This document shows positions 57,772 through 64,000 of a stretch of DNA of 64,000 nucleotides, piece after piece (within the stretch, counting starts at the first letter, position 1; each line of letters begins with the position of its first letter). The DNA is from an uncultured virus (IMG/VR IMGVR_UViG_3300035130_000143). Lineage: Duplodnaviria > Heunggongvirae > Uroviricota > Caudoviricetes. The stretch lies in the IMG/VR virus record IMGVR_UViG_3300035130_000143. One strand, 5' to 3'. The position numbers and the translations under genes are program-made. The notes under the pieces were generated by a model, which worked only from the letters and a program-made list of their open reading frames with translations, made no database searches and was not told the DNA's origin.

Positions 57772-60347
57772 CGCTCGCCCCGCAGTGACAGGTAGCGCGC
57801 GTTGTTGAATGCCTGCATTCTTGCGCCCATCGAGAAGCGTCCAGCCCAGCCGTCAGTTGTGCCCCCGGTGTCCCAGTTCATCAACAAAAACCAAAGGCGC
57901 TGGTCGGCGTTGCTCTGTAGAAATGCCAGCGCGCCCTTCGTGCGCCAGATGGACAGCACGCGCCCGGTCGTATCGCGCGTCAGCGAGCGAATGGTAGCCT
58001 TTGGGTTGGTTGTACTATCAATGCTCAAAGTCTCATCCTGCGCCACTGCGCCGCCGTCTGTTTTCTCTGTTTTGATCTGAGCGTCTATCAACATTTCGTC
58101 AGCGGGCATTAGAATCAGGTCGTAAAAATCAAGCGTGCCCGCGCCTTGTGAGCTGGCGTGAATCTCGATAATGAGCGTTTCCAATCGCTCGTCGCCCGTC
58201 AATACCCCCGTGCCGTCTGGGATGTCAATGCGGCCCAGGTCTACGATTTCAGGAAAGTCAACGTCTTTCACCGACGCCGGGCTATTGCTACTGTTGTAAG
58301 TCTGGTCTCCAATGTCAATAGTGAGTTGGAGTTCAAAATCATCCACCGCCCCCGCCGTTTGATCTACGCGGGCAAATGCGTGGTACGAACCGTACCATTG
58401 CAATGTGGGGTTAATTACGCTTGAGCCAACGTCCTGAAACGTCCATTTCCACCGGCGCGCCATCGCTACCGCCCCGCCAGGAGACCAGCGCCCTATGCGC
58501 TCAGTGGGAGCCTGGGCGCTCGTGGTAATGGTGGCGGGCGCATCAGCCGTTGCATCTATGGCGGGTATTTCTTGCTGGTCGCTACAGTTCAGATACGGCG
58601 TGAAATTTAAGCCCCGCTCGTTGGAGCGCAGAGCCATAATGACGCGCGCAATGTCAGCGTCCGTACCGTAACGCGCCTGATTGTCAAGCGCAGCGCGCAA
58701 AAGCGCCTCAATGTCGCCCAGGACTTGGCCCTCGTCTGTTTCTACGTAAGGCCAGAGAGTGGTATACACATCGCGGTTCTGTTGTGTCGGGGGCGTGGGC
58801 GCCGCCGCCGCCGTGACGATCAAGCGTACCCAGTAGCCCGTGACGGCGTTCACGGCGTTGGCGGCCCACGTACTTTCCTCTTGCCAATGCACTGAATTGA
58901 CGCCCGTGGTATCGAGCGGCTGACCGCCGTCGTCTGTATTGTCAGCCACGGTCAGCGCGGCCCACGCGCCGCCATTCCAAAATTCCCAACCATTGCCAAA
59001 TGTACAGCCTGTTTGCCCGGCTGACAAATCGAAAACGAGTGAGAAAAACGGGCCGCCGCCCGTGATACTGCTCAGCGGGCCATCTTCAATGCCAAAATAT
59101 AGCACATCGTTGACTGCTGGCACAGCGGGCAAGAGATTGTACGGCGTCCCAGAACCTAGCAGATTGGCCGAAAACACGCCGCCGTCGTCATACCAGACAT
59201 GTGTCAGGCCCTTGTAATTGTGTTTGTTGGCTATGTACACTTCAGCGTCGCACGTTGCGGAGCGCCCAGCGCCTTTGGATGAGATATAGGTAATGTGCAA
59301 CTCTGCCGGAGCGCCTACGCCGTCCACGATACTATAAAACTCACGGTGTATATTCAGCGGCGAGCCATTATCTTCGGCGGCAACGACGATACTATTACCT
59401 GACTGCCAATCAGGCTTGTTGATGATGAGTTGAATCAGGCTCACGAGGCTGGGCGTGTCATATTGATTTCCCATCACCCAGGCCCCAGGATTCCACGCAA
59501 TGCCCGCGCTCAGGTCGCGGGCTTCCCAGTCAGTTGTCGTGGTTAGAGTATCCGTATCGGCATCATCCTGGACTTTAACGGACAGCACTGGCGCGCCGCC
59601 GTCGTTGGCCGCCGCCTCGTAGCGCACAAGGGCTGTCGTGATGATACTGCCCTGCGGAATGGTCACGTTCTGAAAGCGCACCAGGCCGTCATATTCAAGG
59701 TTCGCAATAGCATTGCCCATATAGTTTGAGTTTGATGTCAGCGTCATGGCCGGGCTATTGTCATAACTTCCGTCATCGCTATGCAGCACGGGGTAGAAAA
59801 TATCGTCGGTTTCGTGACCCTCGCCGCCCATCCCGCTGATTTCAATGCAGGCTTCGTCTCCTGGCGGATTTGCCAGCCAGTTACCGCGCTCAATACTAAT
59901 GGAAAAGTTGACCATGCCTGGCGTCTTGCCAGCGAATGGCTCGCGCAAAATCTGGTCCAGGCCAGGAATAGCATAATCATAGATGAGCGCGTAGCGTCTT
60001 TCGGTCTCGCACCCCGCCTTGTCTACCCAATACACGGGAGTATTTTGCCACGCGGCAGTCCAATACTGGACGGCTTTTTCCATCAGCCGTTCAAGTTCTT
60101 GCAACTGATGCGCCCAACTGTCTTGCGTAGCGGCGCTGGCTGACAACTCTATAGTCTCAATCGCGTTGCCGCGCTGGCGATTCACCAGCCGTCGCCCCTC
60201 GGCCAGCGGGGAACTTTGCCACGTCCCGCCGCCTTTGGCCTGGACGATGGTCATGCGGCGCGATTCGACTTTGAAAAATGGCTCAAGCAATGAAACCGTG
60301 CCTGCCGCCGTACCGTCTGTAAATTCTAACAGTGGATAACTGGTCAT
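57768..60347 (-). CDS. minor tail protein (Dit-like position) with inserted beta-sandwich domains
   Basis: follows the tape measure; RFQNVTIPQGSIITTA module. Confidence 0.7.
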   Translation of the reverse strand: MTSYPLLEFTDGTAAGTVSLLEPFFKVESRRMTIVQAKGGGTWQSSPLAEGRRLVNRQRGNAIETIELSASAATQDSWAHQLQELERLMEKAVQYWTAAWQNTPVYWVDKAGCETERRYALIYDYAIPGLDQILREPFAGKTPGMVNFSISIERGNWLANPPGDEACIEISGMGGEGHETDDIFYPVLHSDDGSYDNSPAMTLTSNSNYMGNAIANLEYDGLVRFQNVTIPQGSIITTALVRYEAAANDGGAPVLSVKVQDDADTDTLTTTTDWEARDLSAGIAWNPGAWVMGNQYDTPSLVSLIQLIINKPDWQSGNSIVVAAEDNGSPLNIHREFYSIVDGVGAPAELHITYISSKGAGRSATCDAEVYIANKHNYKGLTHVWYDDGGVFSANLLGSGTPYNLLPAVPAVNDVLYFGIEDGPLSSITGGGPFFSLVFDLSAGQTGCTFGNGWEFWNGGAWAALTVADNTDDGGQPLDTTGVNSVHWQEESTWAANAVNAVTGYWVRLIVTAAAAPTPPTQQNRDVYTTLWPYVETDEGQVLGDIEALLRAALDNQARYGTDADIARVIMALRSNERGLNFTPYLNCSDQQEIPAIDATADAPATITTSAQAPTERIGRWSPGGAVAMARRWKWTFQDVGSSVINPTLQWYGSYHAFARVDQTAGAVDDFELQLTIDIGDQTYNSSNSPASVKDVDFPEIVDLGRIDIPDGTGVLTGDERLETLIIEIHASSQGAGTLDFYDLILMPADEMLIDAQIKTEKTDGGAVAQDETLSIDSTTNPKATIRSLTRDTTGRVLSIWRTKGALAFLQSNADQRLWFLLMNWDTGGTTDGWAGRFSMGARMQAFNNARYLSLRGER

Positions 60348-63268
60348 GGTATCGCCTCTGCCAATACGCGTCGGATCATAGCCTCGAATTGCGCCTCGTC
60401 CATTCCGCTGTTGATATTATTGCCGCCCAGTTGAAATGTGTTTTGCGTGCTGTTGCTGACGCCGGCCATCGTGGGCGGCGCAAAAACAGGCGCTTGCGTC
60501 ATCGTTGTGGCAGACGAGCCGCCAAAGTTCAAGTCGGCCTGCGTCTGCTCAATGATCTGCTGCATCGCTGCTGTTGTGGCCTCTACGATCTCGGATGCGC
60601 TGGCGTCAGCCGTTAGCCCCCCCAACACCTCTTGAGCATCGAGGCCGTGTTCTTGTACCAGTTTCATCAAATCAAGTTGCTGTTGCAAGAGCTGCATTTG
60701 CTGCTGCGCCTCTTGAAATTCTGCAATCCGCGCCTCTTGTTCAGCGCGTTCGGCGGCCAACCTGGCGCGTTCCGCCTCAAGCTCGCCGATTTGCTGGAGC
60801 GCCTTTTGCTGGTCCTCGAGGTCGGCGGTAGGGTCTTCAAGCGCCCGCCGCCATTGCTCTAGCGACTCATCTACTGTTTTTAGCTCCTCGTCTAGCGGCT
60901 TCAGCTCATCCTCTAGCGTCTTCATGGCCGTCTGGCCCAGGCCAGAAAGCGCGTCAAAGAGTCGGCCTGGCAATTCCTCGGCAGCCTTTGCCGCCGCCTC
61001 CATTTCACGTTCTATATCACGCGCCACTTTTTCGGCTAGCTTTTCGGCCTCTCGCTCAGCCTTTTCTCGCTCGCGCTCTGCATCGCGTTCGGCCTCTTTG
61101 CGCTGGCGTTCAGCCTCTTTTTCGACCTCTTTGGCCGCGCGCTCGGCTTCTTTTTCAGCTTCTTTGATAGCCTCGGCCTGCGCTTTTGTAGCTTCAATGG
61201 AACCAACTTGTGTATCAATGAGTGCATCCAATTGCGCCCGGTAGTCTTCCATCGAAAGTGTACCGCTTGCAAGTCTGGCGTTTAGCGCGTCCATGCCCTC
61301 GGCCAGCGCGCGCCCTTCCTCACCAACCAGGCCATAATCGTCTTGAACGCCGCGCACAAGCTCTTGATATTCTTCAAGCGACAGCGCGCCCTCGTCAAGC
61401 AATTGGTTCAGGCCATCTATCGCCGCGCTTGCGGCTCCGGCGGCGTCAACGTCGCTCAGGGCTTCAGCCTGTTCCAATAATGCAACCGTGTGCTCTTGCG
61501 CGGCCTGCGCGGCTTCCTCTTGCCGCTGGCGCGTTTCCTCAAGTTTTTGTTGATAAGCTTCCTGTTTTTCTCTGCTTTCCTCAAGCGCCCATACGAGCCG
61601 TTTTTGCGCCGCCTCTTCCTCATCGGTGACAATCACGCCGTCCTCTTTGGCTTTTATCAGCGTGAACATTTTGGCATCCACTGCGGACATGGCCTCGTCA
61701 ACGGCCTTTAATTCCTCAGCGGTCATCTTGATGGCATCAATGTCGGCCTCGCGGGCGGCTTTCGCTTCAATTTCAGCCCAGGTCAACCCCTGCGTAGCCT
61801 GAATTGAATCCATGATGGCCTCTTGATTTTCGCGTTCAGCGTTAGTCAAGTTTTCCCAATCTACTTTGGATTGCTGAATGCGCTTGTGCATTTCAAATGA
61901 GGCCTGGTCCACGGCGACGATAGACTGGCCCGTCTCTTTTAGCGCCTCATTGGCAAGCTCCACCTGGGTTATGTATTGACTATAGTTTTCTGTTCCTTCC
62001 TGTATTTCCCGATCAAGCGCAGAGACCGCAGCGCCCATCGTGGCGGCAAATTCCGCGTCAGTGCCCAACATATCCCCCAGGATGCCGCCAGTGACAATAT
62101 TCTTGTTGTATTTCTCGGTTGCCTGCTCCATCTTGGCGGCGATAGAGTCTATTTCCGCGCCCCACGCCGTACTTCCTGCTGTCAGGTCTTTTAGCCCGTC
62201 GGCAACTCCCGCGCCGCTCTCCCGGGCGGCGTCTTGGGCCTTTTCCATTTTTTCAAATTGTGCATCTGCCCGTTCAAGCGCAGCTACCAAAATGGCAAGC
62301 TCTACACCTAGCGCGCCCAGGGCCTTGCCAGATGTGCCCAATTTTTCAATGAGCGGCCCCAGGCCCCCGCTGAATTTTGTAGCAATGCCAAACGCGCCAG
62401 TCATGGCTGTTACCAGCGCGATAGTTGAGCTTTCCATCTCTGCGATAGTCCCAGCGGCCACCCCTGCAGCCCCGGCCAGCTTTTGTCCAACCTCAATGCG
62501 TGTGTCCTCGATCTTGGCCCGCGCCTGCTCCATTTTGGCGGCGTTGTCCTCGACTCTATCGCCTAGCGTCGCCAGGCTACGCTCGCTGGCCTCGAACACG
62601 GCTTGGGCAAACGCCTGCTCTCGCGTCATGTCAAAATTAGCCTCTTGCAACTCTATGATGCGCTCGCGCACATAGCCCGCGCTCAGGCCGTAGGCATCGA
62701 GACGGGGAATTGAGGTATTTGCAAGCATTAGCGCAAAGTCACTAACCCTATCGCCCGCGCTTTGCGTCTGGTCTCCCAGTCGGGTGGCCGCCTCAACTAC
62801 CTTTTCCATTTCGGCGGCGTTGCCGACAATGCCCATCTGCAACAACTGTGAGGCCGATGTCATGGCCTCCATCTTGTTGACGGTCCCGCCCGCGCCGCGC
62901 TGGAACGCTTCAAGGTTTGCAGCCGCGCCCCCGGCCTGTTCAGCAAAAGCCTCAAAGCGCGCTTGCTGGCGGTCGAAATTAGCGCCCAGTTCTGCCAGCC
63001 CCAGCCCGGAGCGGATCAACTCCTCGGCTTGTGAATAGGCTTTTTCGACAAGCTCAACGCTGGCGGCCAACTCAACGTTGCTCTGGGCCGATTCCTCAAT
63101 AGACGTATCAACCCCCTTGAGCGCCTGCGACATCTGCATAGCGCCAGATTTCGCCTCGCCGGTAGCCGCCTCCATAGCATCAAGCCCGGCCAGGTAGCGG
63201 TCTAGCCCGGCTTGAAATTGTTCATCCAGGAGTACGGCTTCTAGCCCTATTCGCTCGCCGTCCGTCAT
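60344..63268 (-). CDS. tail tape measure protein
   Basis: ~975 aa, A/E/Q-rich helical, upstream of the minor tail genes. Confidence 0.85.
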   Translation of the reverse strand: MTDGERIGLEAVLLDEQFQAGLDRYLAGLDAMEAATGEAKSGAMQMSQALKGVDTSIEESAQSNVELAASVELVEKAYSQAEELIRSGLGLAELGANFDRQQARFEAFAEQAGGAAANLEAFQRGAGGTVNKMEAMTSASQLLQMGIVGNAAEMEKVVEAATRLGDQTQSAGDRVSDFALMLANTSIPRLDAYGLSAGYVRERIIELQEANFDMTREQAFAQAVFEASERSLATLGDRVEDNAAKMEQARAKIEDTRIEVGQKLAGAAGVAAGTIAEMESSTIALVTAMTGAFGIATKFSGGLGPLIEKLGTSGKALGALGVELAILVAALERADAQFEKMEKAQDAARESGAGVADGLKDLTAGSTAWGAEIDSIAAKMEQATEKYNKNIVTGGILGDMLGTDAEFAATMGAAVSALDREIQEGTENYSQYITQVELANEALKETGQSIVAVDQASFEMHKRIQQSKVDWENLTNAERENQEAIMDSIQATQGLTWAEIEAKAAREADIDAIKMTAEELKAVDEAMSAVDAKMFTLIKAKEDGVIVTDEEEAAQKRLVWALEESREKQEAYQQKLEETRQRQEEAAQAAQEHTVALLEQAEALSDVDAAGAASAAIDGLNQLLDEGALSLEEYQELVRGVQDDYGLVGEEGRALAEGMDALNARLASGTLSMEDYRAQLDALIDTQVGSIEATKAQAEAIKEAEKEAERAAKEVEKEAERQRKEAERDAEREREKAEREAEKLAEKVARDIEREMEAAAKAAEELPGRLFDALSGLGQTAMKTLEDELKPLDEELKTVDESLEQWRRALEDPTADLEDQQKALQQIGELEAERARLAAERAEQEARIAEFQEAQQQMQLLQQQLDLMKLVQEHGLDAQEVLGGLTADASASEIVEATTAAMQQIIEQTQADLNFGGSSATTMTQAPVFAPPTMAGVSNSTQNTFQLGGNNINSGMDEAQFEAMIRRVLAEAIP

Positions 63269-63522
63269 GTCTCCTCTTTTGGCCTGCTCAAGTATGCAAT
63301 CCAATCACTCATAGTGCGCTCTGATTTCCATACCTCGACCATTCTGCCGCGATGCTCGTCGCTCAATTCGTCCCAGATATGGAGTGGAACGCGCCAGGCG
63401 TAGGCCGCCCGGTCGTAGGTGAACTGTTGATTATGATACCAACTGCCTAGCGATCCGGACGCTTTTGCTAACACCTCACGAATTTGTGATAGCGTCCAGC
63501 CGTCCGATTTGTTCCATCGCAC
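63265..63522 (-). CDS. tail assembly chaperone, downstream frame
   Basis: overlaps the upstream ORF and precedes the tape measure. Confidence 0.6.
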   Translation of the reverse strand: MRWNKSDGWTLSQIREVLAKASGSLGSWYHNQQFTYDRAAYAWRVPLHIWDELSDEHRGRMVEVWKSERTMSDWIAYLSRPKEET

Positions 63523-64000
63523 GTCGAAATGTATCGGCGGCTAATTGCCGCCCCGCCTCTGTAAAATTGCTCTGACCCTGGATGAGCTTAACCAGCCAAA
63601 TTAACTCCTGATTGGAAACCACGACCTCGGTTTCTATCCAGTGCATTTTGCGCTCGTCTGGGTCTTCTGGTATTTCGAGCCCGCGCCGCTCTTGTTTTTC
63701 TACCCAGCCGTTTTCGGGCGGGTCCGGCATTCCATCCAGTAGATAAACGCGCGCCGTGCGCGTCCATACCAGCCCGTTAAGCTCACGCCTTAGTTCAATA
63801 TAGCGCGCCCAAAGCGCCTTTTCTTCCTCTGTGCCGTCTAGTATGGTTTTCTCGGTGTGCGTGCGCGTTTCGGTCCAATTGCCAAACGGGCCGCCGCCGC
63901 ACTTGATCTCGTAGGTGGGCCGCTCTGGCATAGCGCCGTGCTCTTTTTCAAATTCTGCTTGTACCTGGGCACGCACCTTTGTAATGAGGAAATCCGACAC
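63476..64000 (-). CDS. tail assembly chaperone, upstream frame (start at the window edge)
   Basis: position before the tape measure. Confidence 0.6.
   Translation of the reverse strand: MSDFLITKVRAQVQAEFEKEHGAMPERPTYEIKCGGGPFGNWTETRTHTEKTILDGTEEEKALWARYIELRRELNGLVWTRTARVYLLDGMPDPPENGWVEKQERRGLEIPEDPDERKMHWIETEVVVSNQELIWLVKLIQGQSNFTEAGRQLAADTFRRAMEQIGRLDAITNS

Noticed and set aside
53952..63038. Plus-strand ORFs opposite the tail genes, and similar antisense ORFs elsewhere
   Set aside because: Shadow frames of long GC-rich genes, without SD or recognisable motifs

Overview
This window looks like part of a large, probably long-tailed (siphovirus-like) dsDNA phage genome; no host housekeeping genes were recognised. 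Layout: (1) divergent early region (1-6470) with strong sigma70 promoters and about 17 tiny genes, most preceded by a repeated hairpin+Shine-Dalgarno element; (2) long minus-strand replication/recombination/accessory arm (8620-34990) with a Gp3-like recombination protein, exonuclease, nucleases, DUF927-type helicase and putative origin, a TnpB gene directly abutting a 3-repeat CRISPR-like mini-array, a YhhQ/VUT transporter next to a TGT-like enzyme, DUF5131 and NADAR; (3) a ~1.9 kb ORF-free block of structured RNAs including an initiator-like tRNA-Met (35060-36930); (4) a plus-strand arm with six methyltransferases around a type IV-B-like CRISPR effector operon (csf1, csf2 with an apparent Cas11-like insert, cysH-like, SpoU-like, csf3), a BCS1-like ATPase, dCMP deaminase and a broken thymidylate synthase; (5) minus-strand tail genes (fibre, tail proteins, tape measure, chaperones). 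The best candidates for new biology are the TnpB/omegaRNA/mini-array locus, the modified type IV-B operon, the ncRNA block and the repeat-delimited early cassette array. All family calls come from recognising motifs by eye; no database searches were run.
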